The notes under the pieces are model-generated. The model worked only from the letters and a program-made list of their open reading frames with translations, ran no database searches and was not told where the DNA came from. A program made the position numbers and the translations under genes. Shown here in pieces: positions 19,027 through 29,278 of a DNA stretch of 50,077 nt (position 1 is its first letter; each line of letters starts with the position of its first letter). The DNA lies in assembly GCA_016937195.1 (NCBI GenBank), contig JAFGWK010000014.1, positions 1 to 50,077 on the forward strand. The letters are read 5' to 3'. Origin of the DNA: Paracoccaceae bacterium. Lineage in GTDB: Bacteria > Pseudomonadota > Alphaproteobacteria > Rhodobacterales > Rhodobacteraceae.

Positions 19027-20061
19027 TCATGCCTGGCCTCCCACTTTTTCCTGACGGAACTCTGTGCCGTCGATCCACATCCGATGTAAAAGGACGGCCA
19101 GTTTGCGAGCAACCGCGACGACGGCACGGCGGCGGCCTTTGGTGCGCATGAGGCGCATGCCCCATGACTTGATCTGCGATCCGGCCATTGTTCGCATGAG
19201 CAACGCATTTGCGGCAGCGTAGAGCGTCGCTCGGACATTCTGATCACCGGCTTTGGAGATGCGACCTGGGTTGTCGTGTTCGCCGGACTGGTATCGCCTC
19301 GGCGTGAAACCAAAGTGCGCGGCTACTGTGCGAGAACGTTTGAACCGATTGGGGTCATCGACCGCTGCTTTGAATGTCAGAGCAGCGATCGGGCCTACAC
19401 CAGGCACCATCATCATCCGCATGCAGACCTCGTCTTGCGACGCCGCACGCTTCACCCGTCGATCCAGTTCAAGATAATGATGGAACAGGACGGCACGTGC
19501 ATCGAGCAACGGAATGACCGCGTGCGCGAGAACTTCATCCATCTCGATCATGGGCCTCACGAGACCGTCGAAGCTACCGTGCTTGACGGTCCGGGGAAGG
19601 CGAACACCGAATATCTTCAGCAATCCACGCACTTCGTTTGCCAAGTCCATTGTTTTCTTCAGCAAGGCCTTTCTGGTGCTCAGCAGAGCCCGTAGCCCGT
19701 GCGCCTCCCGGCTCTTCATATGCACCGGGCTGAACCAACCCGTCCGCAAAATCTGGGCAATGCCCTTGGCGTCCGTCTTGTCTGTCTTGTTCCGCATCGC
19801 TGAAAGTGCAGCACTGACCTGGCGAGCTTCCATGCACACGATCTCGAAACCCATGTCTTGCAGGCCGAAGAAAAGGTGCTGGCTCAGCGCACCAGCCTCA
19901 AAGCCGATCCGCACGATTGGGGCGCCGAACGTATTCAGGCAGTTGGCGATTTCATCGACCTCACACGGGAGCTCTCGCTCCATGCAAGCCTTGCCACGAC
20001 CGTCCACAATGCAAAGCGCGCAAGACCGAAGTGACACATCCAAACCAACGAAGTATTCCAT
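19027..20061 (-). CDS. IS110 family transposase/recombinase
   Basis: FVGLDVS, GFEAG and KTDKTDA (DEDD RuvC fold); VPGVGPIAA; GFTPRRYQSG (catalytic Ser) and GRISKAGD. Confidence 0.95.
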   Translation of the reverse strand: MEYFVGLDVSLRSCALCIVDGRGKACMERELPCEVDEIANCLNTFGAPIVRIGFEAGALSQHLFFGLQDMGFEIVCMEARQVSAALSAMRNKTDKTDAKGIAQILRTGWFSPVHMKSREAHGLRALLSTRKALLKKTMDLANEVRGLLKIFGVRLPRTVKHGSFDGLVRPMIEMDEVLAHAVIPLLDARAVLFHHYLELDRRVKRAASQDEVCMRMMMVPGVGPIAALTFKAAVDDPNRFKRSRTVAAHFGFTPRRYQSGEHDNPGRISKAGDQNVRATLYAAANALLMRTMAGSQIKSWGMRLMRTKGRRRAVVAVARKLAVLLHRMWIDGTEFRQEKVGGQA

Positions 20062-20309
20062 TTTCTGTCTCCCTATTCTCACAGCAATGCTGAGATCTTA
20101 TCGGGAGATCGACCTTTGAGCAGGGGCAGCCCAATTACGCATGCTTCCCGCCCTCCTGTGCGTCACCCTGTGACACGGTAGCTTCGCTGCAAGCGACGAA
20201 AATAGGCTATCGCGGGCAGTTGTTACTTCCCGCTAAACCGGTAGCAGGCGCTATGGCCCACGCAATTGGTCAACTTTCCAATGTGACGGCCCGCATCATC
20301 AGCGTCATA

Positions 20310-20780
20310 TTAGCGTCGGCGCCAATCCCAAGGCATCATGAATTCACTCGCCCAGATACCGGCTCGTTGTTTCCTAGCCGCGTCTTCCTGAGGCACGTAA
20401 TCCCGCCCATAACGCCTATACGCGACGGCCCAGCCATTGCGAACAAGCCAAGCGTTCAGGTCTTCCCCGTTTTGGCGACAGATCGCGACGAAGCGTTTAT
20501 ATCGGTCGATATCGGTGACCTCACATGAGACCGGCGCGCGTCCAATCTTGTCGGCGAGCGCAAAAGACGCATCCTTACCGCAGTTCCACAGCTTGCCGTT
20601 GGGCAGCTTGCAGCGCTGACGGCTCTCAATCGCGTCGATCGCGTGTAGTCGAATGCGGCTCCCGTGAATGTCGATGGTGTCGCCGTCAATAACCGACGCT
20701 GTGCCGGTTATGGTCTTCGCGTGCAGCGGCCCATAAAGACCAACTGCAAGGATAAGTCCGAGCAAGAGCCTTAGTGACAA
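20310..20780 (-). CDS. Secreted thermonuclease (SNase-like) family protein
   Basis: VIDGDTI...RIRLHAIDAIE...DRYKRFVA...LVRNGWA...A....GIW; N-terminal signal peptide; start codon uncertain (TTG). Confidence 0.85.
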   Translation of the reverse strand: MSLRLLLGLILAVGLYGPLHAKTITGTASVIDGDTIDIHGSRIRLHAIDAIESRQRCKLPNGKLWNCGKDASFALADKIGRAPVSCEVTDIDRYKRFVAICRQNGEDLNAWLVRNGWAVAYRRYGRDYVPQEDAARKQRAGIWASEFMMPWDWRRR

Positions 20781-20953
20781 TGGACACGCCCCGCTTTGTT
20801 GTCCATGTGGCAGCATTGCCCAGCAGGTGAGTTTTTGCGGCAACCGCCACCGTGGGCGATTTCATCTTGGCTCAGTGCAGCAGCCGTCGGCATGGCTTGG
20901 ATCGGCAGTGAAAGCGCGAGCAACGCAGCCATGCTTGAAAGAATAGCCTTCAT
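20771..20953 (-). CDS. Small secreted Cys/His-rich peptide (YHYH-like)
   Basis: Signal peptide then AHGGGC..S..GQCCHMD...G.VHCH; AGGAGG RBS; overlaps the thermonuclease start. Confidence 0.6.
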   Translation of the reverse strand: MKAILSSMAALLALSLPIQAMPTAAALSQDEIAHGGGCRKNSPAGQCCHMDNKAGRVHCH

Positions 20954-21256
20954 TGAAATACCTCCTACACAAATCAGTGAAAAAGACCGTATCGTCTTGG
21001 CCGAAGGCTGCAAGTGGAATGATGCCGTTTTCGTGATCGTTTCCGGATTTCCGCAGCCGCCTCTTTCAGAGGCCCCGGATCACCGATGTGGACCTCCGTG
21101 AATTACTGCTGCCTGTATGAATGCGGACATGGATATCCAAATGAAGGGCATGACTGCGTTTGTTTTACGGCAGCAGTTCAGTAGGAATTGGGGATTACTT
21201 GGTATTCAAGTCAGCATTAAGCTGTTCATGGCAAGATTTTCAGAAGGAATTTTCTT

Positions 21257-22267
21257 ATGGGAGTTTTTGACTGGCTTACGGTTGGTTCGCGAAAGCAGTC
21301 CCAGTCACCGCGTGCCGAGGCCGATCAGCGGAAAGCGCAGGTATCTGACCATGCCGCGCCCCCTGACCGCCCCGCTTTTTCGCACGCGCCCCGCGTGCCG
21401 GAGGGTGAGTTTCGCTTCATCGCGCTTGATGTGGAAACGGCCTGCAGCGATGCCGCCAGCATTTGCCAGATCGGCATTGCTTGCGTGCAGCCTGACAACC
21501 AGATTCAGACCTTCTCGATGCTGGTCAATCCCGGCACCCGTTTTGACGCGTTCAATATCCAACTTCACGGTATCGGCCCCGCGCATGTCGCTGACGCTCC
21601 TCGCTTCCCAGATGCTTTGGATGCGTTGCTGCCGCTGTTGACCCGCCACCAGCTCATCCAGCACAGCAATTTCGATAAGCAGGCCATCAATGCTGCTTGC
21701 GGATTTTGCGGCATTGAAACGCCCGACCTGCGCTGGAGCGACAGCGTCAAGATTGCGCGGCGGGCCTGGCCCGAATTGAAGGGGAACGGGGGCCACGGCC
21801 TTGCAAACCTCAAGCGGGTTTTGGATCTGCAGTTTCACCATCACGACGCAGGCGAAGACGCGCGAGCGGCCGCGCTGGTGGTGCTTCATGCTGAAGCGCG
21901 ACTGGCCATGACGTTTGGCGAGCTGGTTCTACCGGCGCCGAAACCCCGCTTTTCGAAGAAACCGACCCCATCGGCCAATCCCAACGGGCCGCTGGTGGGC
22001 GCAATCGCAGTGTTCACCGGAAACCTTGGCATGTCGCGGGACGAGGCCGCAAATCTTGCGGCGCGCGCGGGAATGGATGTGAAAGTGGGCGTGACGAAAC
22101 AGACCACACACCTGATTGTTGGCGATCAGGATCTGAGCTTGCTTGCAGGGCACACGAAAAGCAGCAAGCACCGCAAGGCAGAGGCGATGCGCGATGCAGG
22201 CCATCCGATCCGAATTCTGGGTGAAAGCGAGTTTAAGGATATTCTTGCAGGTGCTGGTGTGCTGTAA
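21257..22267 (+). CDS. DEDDh 3'-5' exonuclease (DnaQ-like) fused to a C-terminal BRCT domain
   Basis: ALDVETA, HSNFD and HHDAGEDA; BRCT-like AVFTGNL.MSRDEA...GVTKQTTHLIVG...SSK..KA....I.ILGE.EF. Confidence 0.85.
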   Translation: MGVFDWLTVGSRKQSQSPRAEADQRKAQVSDHAAPPDRPAFSHAPRVPEGEFRFIALDVETACSDAASICQIGIACVQPDNQIQTFSMLVNPGTRFDAFNIQLHGIGPAHVADAPRFPDALDALLPLLTRHQLIQHSNFDKQAINAACGFCGIETPDLRWSDSVKIARRAWPELKGNGGHGLANLKRVLDLQFHHHDAGEDARAAALVVLHAEARLAMTFGELVLPAPKPRFSKKPTPSANPNGPLVGAIAVFTGNLGMSRDEAANLAARAGMDVKVGVTKQTTHLIVGDQDLSLLAGHTKSSKHRKAEAMRDAGHPIRILGESEFKDILAGAGVL

Positions 22268-22439
22268 GGTCCTGTGAAATTGGACGCCGTTGGCCTCCGC
22301 CGCAGATAGTCAAGCGGTATAAGCCGCGATATTAATGGGGTGTTACAGCAAGCGTGGTGCATGCCCTCCTGATCGAGGGGACGATGGGAAGGCTATCCAA
22401 GATGCTGCGCACCTCTCGCGCATTGCGGCTATGGCAGGC

Positions 22440-23156
22440 TCACAGCTCGAGGCGCATCCGGTGGGAAGGTGAAAAGGACTGTCGGGCGAATGTGATCGGG
22501 GACGCATCCAGCCAAGTCACGCGCAGCATCGTCAAGATCGGATCGTCGGGCGCGCAAATCAAATGTTTGGACCGCGCACCCGCCGTTTCAGCGAGGAATT
22601 CCATCGTCCCATGCGTGTAGGGCGCATGGCGCACGAGCCACACGTTGGGGCTGGTTTTAACAAGATCGACAGCTTCGATTTCAGGAACAGTATCCAGAAC
22701 GATCCAACGGTCCTCAAACATATGCGGCACGTTATCTGCCAGATGCAGGCTCTTGACGTGCAGCACGCGTTCCTTGCCCGCAAGCTTGAGCTTTTCGCGC
22801 ACCGAAGGCGGCGGCGTTTCACCCATTCGCTCCAACAGGCGATATTCATAACGCGCGCCGCTGGCCTCAACCTCGGCGCGGGTCAGCGGGATCGCCAATG
22901 TGGCTTTGCGCCGCGGTGCCTCGCGCACCCGCGTGCCCGCCTTGCGCCGCCGGTCCAGAAACCCCGAGGTCGCCAGATCGCGCAACGCCCGGTTGACGGT
23001 GGCACGCGCGCATCCGAATTCCGTGGCCAGATCGACCTCGTTCGGGATCAGTTCACCGGGGGCGTAATCCTGCGCGCGAATGCGTGCCATCATCGCATCG
23101 CGGATCGACTGCCAACTGACCGAACCGACCGAACTCTCCCCTTTTACCACATTCAC
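22440..23156 (-). CDS. hutC: Histidine utilisation repressor, GntR/UTRA family
   Basis: IPNEVDLATEFGCARATVNRALRDL wHTH plus UTRA domain; coupled to hutF. Confidence 0.85.
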   Translation of the reverse strand: MNVVKGESSVGSVSWQSIRDAMMARIRAQDYAPGELIPNEVDLATEFGCARATVNRALRDLATSGFLDRRRKAGTRVREAPRRKATLAIPLTRAEVEASGARYEYRLLERMGETPPPSVREKLKLAGKERVLHVKSLHLADNVPHMFEDRWIVLDTVPEIEAVDLVKTSPNVWLVRHAPYTHGTMEFLAETAGARSKHLICAPDDPILTMLRVTWLDASPITFARQSFSPSHRMRLEL

Positions 23157-24523
23157 ACCTCATGGCCCAGTCGCTCCATGACCCGCGCATAGGCGGCCAC
23201 GATCGCGTCGCGTTGATTGTGCCACCCATCCTGCACCACATGCCGCCCCGCTGACCAGACATCGCGCACCGCGCGGTCGTCGCGCGCGAAAATCCAGGTA
23301 TCCAGCAGGGTGTCGCCGGCCTTCCCTAGCCCATCCGGCCCCAGATCGTCCAGCGCCAGCAGATCGGCCCAAAGCCCCTGCGCAATCGCGCCACTGGCCC
23401 GACCCGCCGCCTGCGCGCCGCCCTCAACCGCGCCCTGAAACAGCACCCGCCCCGTTGAGCGATCGGGGTCTGCGAGCACGGCGCGGCGGCGATCGCGCAG
23501 CCGTTGCGAATATTCCAGCGTGCGCAGCTCTTCGGTCAGCGAAATGCGGATATTGCTATCCGAGCCGATGCCGAACGCCCCCCCCGCAGCGCGCCAGCGT
23601 GCGCCGTCAAATATCCCGTCGCCCAGGCTGGATTCGGTGATCGGGCACAGTCCGGCAACCGCGCCGGTGGCCGCCAGCGCCTCGGTCTCGGCGGGTAGCA
23701 TCTGCGTGGCATGGATCAGGCACCAGCGCGCATCGACCGGCGCGTTTTCCAGCAGCCATTCTACCGGACGCCGCCCGGTGGCGGCTTTGACCTGATCGAC
23801 TTCGGCCAGTTGCTCGGCCAGATGAATGTGGATCGGTGCGTCGCCCGCAAGCGCAACTGCCGCTTCAAGCCCCGCCGCATCGACCGCGCGCAAACTATGA
23901 GGCGCAATCCCCAGCCCGCTATCGCCCCCGAGCCGCGCGACATGGCTGCGCGCGCCCTCGACAAGACGGGCAAAACGCTCGGGGTCGTTGCCAAAGCGGT
24001 CCTGCCCCGCGATCAGCGCGCGCCGATCCAGCCCGCCATAACTGTAAAGCACGGGCAACAGCGTCAGCCCGATCCCCGTTTGCGCCGCCGCCGCCGCGAT
24101 CCGCCCCGCCATCTCGGCCAGATCACCATAGGGGCGACCGTCAGGCGCGTGATGCAGATAGTGAAACTCGACATTGCAGGCATAGCCCGCCTCAAGCATC
24201 TCCATCTGCACGAAAGCCGCAATCGCCTGAATGTCATCGGGCGTCAGACGGTCGAGAAAGCGATACATCAACTGTCGCCACGTCCAGAAACTGTCCTGCG
24301 GATCGCTACCACGGCGCTCGGACAACCCCGCCATCGCGCGCTGAAAGGCATGGCTGTGCAGATTGGCGGGCGCGGGCAGCAGCATTTGCACGCGTTTCGC
24401 CCCTTCTGGGCAGTCGGCCCCGACGATCACGGCGCCTATTCGTCCGTCCTCATCAAGATCAATTCTTACCGCTTCCACCCAAGAATTCATCACCAGCGCC
24501 CTGTGCGCCCAGATCGTTCGCAT
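23153..24523 (-). CDS. hutF: Formimidoylglutamate deiminase
   Basis: [40 protein letters not shown]. Confidence 0.95.
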   Translation of the reverse strand: MRTIWAHRALVMNSWVEAVRIDLDEDGRIGAVIVGADCPEGAKRVQMLLPAPANLHSHAFQRAMAGLSERRGSDPQDSFWTWRQLMYRFLDRLTPDDIQAIAAFVQMEMLEAGYACNVEFHYLHHAPDGRPYGDLAEMAGRIAAAAAQTGIGLTLLPVLYSYGGLDRRALIAGQDRFGNDPERFARLVEGARSHVARLGGDSGLGIAPHSLRAVDAAGLEAAVALAGDAPIHIHLAEQLAEVDQVKAATGRRPVEWLLENAPVDARWCLIHATQMLPAETEALAATGAVAGLCPITESSLGDGIFDGARWRAAGGAFGIGSDSNIRISLTEELRTLEYSQRLRDRRRAVLADPDRSTGRVLFQGAVEGGAQAAGRASGAIAQGLWADLLALDDLGPDGLGKAGDTLLDTWIFARDDRAVRDVWSAGRHVVQDGWHNQRDAIVAAYARVMERLGHEV

Positions 24524-24551
24524 GATCGAATCTCCGTGTTGACACGTATAT

Positions 24552-24565
24552 TATGTGCAGACATA
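24552..24565. promoter_or_regulatory. Probable HutC operator between divergent hutF and hutI
   Basis: Palindrome TATGT-GCAG-ACATA resembling HutC TGT-N4-ACA boxes; TTGACA at 24539-24544. Confidence 0.7.
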
Positions 24566-24595
24566 TTAAATTCAAATCAAGCGCGAATCGAACTC

Positions 24596-25774
24596 ATGAC
24601 CCAAATCACCCTCACCAATGCCACCCTTGTTTCTTGCACCGATGACGCGGATGGCCGCCCCTATAATGGCTGGTTGCGTATCGAAGACGGGCGTATTGCT
24701 GCGATGGGTGCTGGCCCTGCCGAAGGCGAGGATCTGGGCGGTCGTCTGGTGACCCCAGCGCTGATTGATTGCCATACGCATCTGGTTTACGGCGGCAGCC
24801 GCGCGCGCGAATTCGAGAAACGTCTGGAGGGCGCAAGCTACGAAGAAATTGCCCAAAGCGGCGGCGGCATCCTCTCGACGGTGAACGCGACCCGCGCGGC
24901 TAGCGAGGACGAGCTGGTCGCCTCGGCGCTGCCCCGTCTCGATGCGCTGCTGGCTGAGGGCGCGGCGGTGGTCGAGGTCAAATCGGGCTACGGGCTGACG
25001 ATTGCCGACGAGCTCAAGATGCTGCGCGCGGCGCGGCGGCTGGCGCAGATGCGCTCGGTGCGGATCGTGACGACGTGGCTTGCCGCCCATGCGCTGCCCC
25101 CCGAATATACCGGCCGCGCCGAGGCCTATATTGACGAGGTCGTAATCGCCGGTTTGCGCGCTGCCCATGCCGAAGGGCTTGTCGATGCGGTGGACGGTTT
25201 TTGCGAAAACATCGCCTTTTCCGCCGCGCAGATGGCGCGCGTCTTCGATGTCGCTCACGCCCTTGACCTGCCGGTGAAACTTCATGCCGAGCAGCTATCC
25301 CATCAGGGCGGCGCGCAACTCGTCGCCGCGCGCAAGGGGCTTTCGGCCGATCACATCGAATATGCGACCGCTGCGGATGCCAAGGCGCTGGCGGATGCGG
25401 GAAGTGTCGCTGTGTTGCTGCCCGGCGCCTTCTACACCCTGCGCGAAACCCAAATGCCGCCGATTGATGCGTTTCGCGCAGCGGGTTGCACGATGGCGCT
25501 GGCCAGTGATTGCAATCCCGGCACCTCGCCGCTCACCTCGCTGCTGCTGAGCATGAACATGGGGGCCACGCTTTTCCGCCTGACCCCGACCGAGTGTCTG
25601 CGCGGCGTGACCTGCAATGCGGCGCAGGCGCTGGGGCTATCCGATTGCGGTCGCCTAGCGCCGGGCCTGCGCGCCGATCTGGCGGTGTGGAACGTTACCG
25701 ACCCTGCCGAGCTGACCTATCGCATCGGCTTCAACCCTCTTCACAGCCGTTATTTCGGAGGCCGCAAATGCTGA
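24596..25774 (+). CDS. hutI: Imidazolonepropionase
   Basis: [39 protein letters not shown]; true start MTQITL lies inside the longer ORF. Confidence 0.95.
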   Translation: MTQITLTNATLVSCTDDADGRPYNGWLRIEDGRIAAMGAGPAEGEDLGGRLVTPALIDCHTHLVYGGSRAREFEKRLEGASYEEIAQSGGGILSTVNATRAASEDELVASALPRLDALLAEGAAVVEVKSGYGLTIADELKMLRAARRLAQMRSVRIVTTWLAAHALPPEYTGRAEAYIDEVVIAGLRAAHAEGLVDAVDGFCENIAFSAAQMARVFDVAHALDLPVKLHAEQLSHQGGAQLVAARKGLSADHIEYATAADAKALADAGSVAVLLPGAFYTLRETQMPPIDAFRAAGCTMALASDCNPGTSPLTSLLLSMNMGATLFRLTPTECLRGVTCNAAQALGLSDCGRLAPGLRADLAVWNVTDPAELTYRIGFNPLHSRYFGGRKC

Positions 25775-27288
25775 CACTGATCCCCGGCGAGGCAACGCTT
25801 GAGCAACTCGAAACCCTCTGGCGCACGGGCGATGCGGCGCGACTTGATCCGCGCACTGCCCCTGCCATCGCAACTTCTGCGGGGCGCATTGCCGCCGCAG
25901 CCGCGGGCGATGCAGCGGTTTACGGGGTCAATACCGGCTTTGGAAAACTCGCCTCGGTGCGTATCGCGACTGATGACACAGCAACGCTGCAACGCAACCT
26001 GATCCTGTCGCATTGCTGTGGCGTCGGAGAACCGCTGTCAAAGCCGACCACACGGCTGATGATGGCGCTCAAACTGCTCAGCCTCGGGCGCGGAGCGTCG
26101 GGGGTGCGTCCCGAGATCGTTGCGCTGATCGAGGCGATGCTGGAGCGCGGCGTGACGCCGATCGTGCCCGAACAAGGCAGCGTCGGGGCCTCGGGCGATC
26201 TGGCGCCGCTGGCGCATATGGCTGCGGTGATGATCGGTGCGGGCGAGGCCGTTTTCAACGACCAGCGCCTACCCGGCGCAGACGCGCTGGTCGCTGCCGG
26301 GCTTGCCTCGGTGACACTGGGCGCGAAAGAAGGTCTCGCACTTATCAACGGCACGCAATTCTCGACCGCGCTGGCGCTGGCGGGGTTCTTTCGCGCAATG
26401 ACCTGCCTGCGCACCGCCATCGTCACCGGCGCGCTATCCACCGATGCGATCATGGGCTCGACCGCGCCCACGCATCCCGAAATCCACGCCCTGCGCGGCC
26501 ATCGCGGCCAGATCGACGTGGCCGCCGCGATGCGCGCCTTGCTGGAAGGCAGCGCGATCCGCGAAAGCCATCTTGAAGGCGATGCCCGCGTGCAAGACCC
26601 CTATTGCATCCGCTGCCAGCCGCAGGTCTCGGGGGCGGCGCTGGAGCTGTTGCGCTTTGCCGGCCAGACCCTGATCACCGAGGCCAATGCCGTCACCGAC
26701 AACCCGCTTGTGCTATCGGATGGCACCATCGTCTCGGGCGGGAATTTCCATGCCGAACCCGTGGCCTTTGCGGCCGATCAGATCGCGCTGGCCGTGGCCG
26801 AGATTGGCGCGATTGCGCAGCGCCGCGTTGCGCTGATGGTCGATCCAGCGCTCAGCTTTGGTTTGCCGCCGTTCCTGACGCCGCAGCCGGGGCTCAACAG
26901 CGGGCTGATGATTGCCGAGGTCACCACCGCCGCGCTGATGAGCGAGAACAAGCATCTCGCCTCCCCCTGCTCGGTTGACAGCACGCCGACCAGCGCCAAT
27001 CAGGAGGATCATGTCAGCATGGCTGCCCATGGCGCGCGCCGGCTGGGGCTGATGACGCGCAACCTCTCGGTGATCCTGGGCGTCGAGGCGATCTGCGCCG
27101 CGCAGGGCATCGAATTCCGCGCACCACTCACGACCTCGGCCCCGCTTGCGCGGGTGATAGAGGCACTTCGGGCGCATGTCGAAACGATGGGCAATGATCG
27201 CTACCTCGCGCCCGATCTCGAAAAGGCGCAAGCCTTAGTCGAAGACGGGACGCTTGTCTCTGCCGCCGGGTTGGAGATCACGCAATGA
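25768..27288 (+). CDS. hutH: Histidine ammonia-lyase
   Basis: [31 protein letters not shown] (ASG/MIO), [19 protein letters not shown]. Confidence 0.97.
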   Translation: MLTLIPGEATLEQLETLWRTGDAARLDPRTAPAIATSAGRIAAAAAGDAAVYGVNTGFGKLASVRIATDDTATLQRNLILSHCCGVGEPLSKPTTRLMMALKLLSLGRGASGVRPEIVALIEAMLERGVTPIVPEQGSVGASGDLAPLAHMAAVMIGAGEAVFNDQRLPGADALVAAGLASVTLGAKEGLALINGTQFSTALALAGFFRAMTCLRTAIVTGALSTDAIMGSTAPTHPEIHALRGHRGQIDVAAAMRALLEGSAIRESHLEGDARVQDPYCIRCQPQVSGAALELLRFAGQTLITEANAVTDNPLVLSDGTIVSGGNFHAEPVAFAADQIALAVAEIGAIAQRRVALMVDPALSFGLPPFLTPQPGLNSGLMIAEVTTAALMSENKHLASPCSVDSTPTSANQEDHVSMAAHGARRLGLMTRNLSVILGVEAICAAQGIEFRAPLTTSAPLARVIEALRAHVETMGNDRYLAPDLEKAQALVEDGTLVSAAGLEITQ

Positions 27289-28088
27289 CCGCACCCGCGC
27301 CCGTCGAGATCGAACAAGGCGATAGCCCGGTCATTCTGGGCCTGCCCCATACCGGCACCTGGCTGCCCAAAAGCGTGCGCGCCGCCCTGAACGAACGCGG
27401 GCTCGAATTGGCCGATACCGATTGGAACATCCACCAGCTTTACGCAGCACTGCTACCGGGCGCGACCACCGTGCGCGCCACGTTTCATCGCTATGTGATC
27501 GACGCCAATCGCGGCCCCGAAAACGACAGCCTCTATCCCGGTCAGAACACGACGGGGCTGGTGCCGCTGACCGATTTCGACGGCACTCCGATCTGGAGCG
27601 TTGAACCAGACGCCGCCGAGATCGAAACCCGTCTCGCGCAGTTCCACACCCCCTATCACGCCGCTCTGCGCGCCGAGATTGCGCGGGTGCGCGCGATGCA
27701 CGGCGTAGCGATCCTTTATGACTGCCACTCGATCCGCTCGCATATCCCGTTCCTGTTTGACGGCAAACTGCCCGATTTCAATATCGGCACCGCAAACGGC
27801 ACAAGCTGCGCCCCGCAGATCGAGACCGTAACCGCCGCAATTTGTGCCCGCGCCCAAGGGTTCGATCATATCGTGAACGGGCGCTTCAAGGGCGGCTGGA
27901 CGACGCGCCATTACGGGCAGCCCGAAACCGGCGTTCATGCGATTCAGATGGAGCTGGCGCAATCCACCCATCTCACCGCCGAGGCACCGCCTTGGGAGAT
28001 CAGCGCCGACAAGGCCGCGCGCCTGCGCCCTTATCTGGGCGAAATCCTGCGCACATTGGAAAGCCTTGCTCCGGAGTTGCGCGCATGA
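27285..28088 (+). CDS. hutG: N-formylglutamate deformylase
   Basis: [39 protein letters not shown]. Confidence 0.93.
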   Translation: MTAPAPVEIEQGDSPVILGLPHTGTWLPKSVRAALNERGLELADTDWNIHQLYAALLPGATTVRATFHRYVIDANRGPENDSLYPGQNTTGLVPLTDFDGTPIWSVEPDAAEIETRLAQFHTPYHAALRAEIARVRAMHGVAILYDCHSIRSHIPFLFDGKLPDFNIGTANGTSCAPQIETVTAAICARAQGFDHIVNGRFKGGWTTRHYGQPETGVHAIQMELAQSTHLTAEAPPWEISADKAARLRPYLGEILRTLESLAPELRA

Positions 28089-29278
28089 AACCGCTCGAAG
28101 GTCTGCGCATCCTTGATCTGACCCGCGTGCTGTCGGGGCCGTTCGCCACCGCCTTGCTGGCCGATCTGGGCGCGAAGATCCTCAAACTCGAATCGCCTCA
28201 AGGCGATGATTACCGTCATATCGGCCCGTTCCGCGACGGGGAATCGGCGCTGTTTGCGCTGACAAATCGCGGCAAAAGCTCCGTCGTGATCGACCTCAAG
28301 ACCCCCGAGGGTCAGGCGCTTGCGCGTCAACTCGCAAGCCAATGCGATGTCGTGGTCGAAAATTTCCGCCCCGGCGTTGCGGCCCGGCTGGGACTGGGTG
28401 CAGAGACGTTGCGCGCGGATAATCCGGGCCTTGTCTATTGCTCGATTTCCGGCTTTGGCCAGGAAGGCCCGGCGGCGGGGCTGCCTGCATATGATCTTGT
28501 CGCACAAGCGATGTCCGGCTGGATGGATGCGACGGGCGAAGAGGGCGGCGAACCGCTGAAGGTGGGCGAAGCCCTTGGCGATATCGCGGCGGGGCTTTAT
28601 GCGGTGATCGCAATTCTGGCAGCGCTGATCGGACGGGCGAAAACCGGGTGCGGCGCGGCACTGGATGTCGCAATGCTTGACTGCCTTGTGGCGATGCTGC
28701 CCACTAGCCACGCGATCCACCTTTATTCCGACAGCCCCGTAGCGCGTGTCGGCAACCGCCATCCGCTGTCTACGCCGTTCGGGGCGTTTCGCACCGCTGA
28801 TGGGCACGCGATCATCGCGGTGCTGGGTGCGCGCCAGTTCGAGGCGCTGTGCCGGGTAATCGGCGCGCCCGAAGCCGCTGGCGACCCGCGCTTTGCCAGT
28901 GATGAAAGCCGCACGCAGAATGAACCCGCCCTGCGCGCGCTGATCGAACGCTGGAGCAAGACGCAACCCACGCAAGCCGCCGTTGCCGCGCTGGCCGAGG
29001 CACGCGTGCCGACCGCACCGATCCTGAGCCTCGCCGCGCAACTGGCCTCCGATCACGCCACCAAGCGCGCCTTGGTCAATGACCTGCCCCATCACCGGTT
29101 GGGCAAAACCCCGGTCGTCGGTCAGCCGATCCGCTTTGACGGCAAGGCGCTACTGGCCGAGACCGGCGCGCCCGCGCTTGGCGGCGAGACCCGCGCCATT
29201 TTGCAGGAGGCCGGTTTGAGCAGCGCGCAAATCACGCAGCTCATCGCCGCTGGCGTTATCAAGGATCCAGCATCATGA
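28085..29278 (+). CDS. Class III (CaiB/BaiF/Frc) CoA-transferase
   Basis: LDLTRVLSGPFAT.LLADLGA, NRGKSS, ENFRPG, ISGFGQ; catalytic Asp in ALGDIAAG. Confidence 0.93.
   Translation: MKPLEGLRILDLTRVLSGPFATALLADLGAKILKLESPQGDDYRHIGPFRDGESALFALTNRGKSSVVIDLKTPEGQALARQLASQCDVVVENFRPGVAARLGLGAETLRADNPGLVYCSISGFGQEGPAAGLPAYDLVAQAMSGWMDATGEEGGEPLKVGEALGDIAAGLYAVIAILAALIGRAKTGCGAALDVAMLDCLVAMLPTSHAIHLYSDSPVARVGNRHPLSTPFGAFRTADGHAIIAVLGARQFEALCRVIGAPEAAGDPRFASDESRTQNEPALRALIERWSKTQPTQAAVAALAEARVPTAPILSLAAQLASDHATKRALVNDLPHHRLGKTPVVGQPIRFDGKALLAETGAPALGGETRAILQEAGLSSAQITQLIAAGVIKDPAS

Larger units (their letters stand above)
18776..20144 (-). mobile_element. IS110 family, IS1111-type insertion sequence
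   Basis: Sub-terminal inverted repeats TAATTGGG (18780-18787) and CCCAATTA (20130-20137); about 250 nt non-coding region 3' of the transposase; GCTTC at both junctions. Confidence 0.8.

Noticed and set aside
23711-24595. Apparent N-terminal extension making HutI 687 aa
   Set aside because: Overlaps hutF on the opposite strand; HutI homology starts at ATG 24596.
25768-27288. HutH as ergothionase or another aromatic amino acid lyase
   Set aside because: Canonical HAL motifs (ASG, LILSH) and a full hut context support ordinary histidase.
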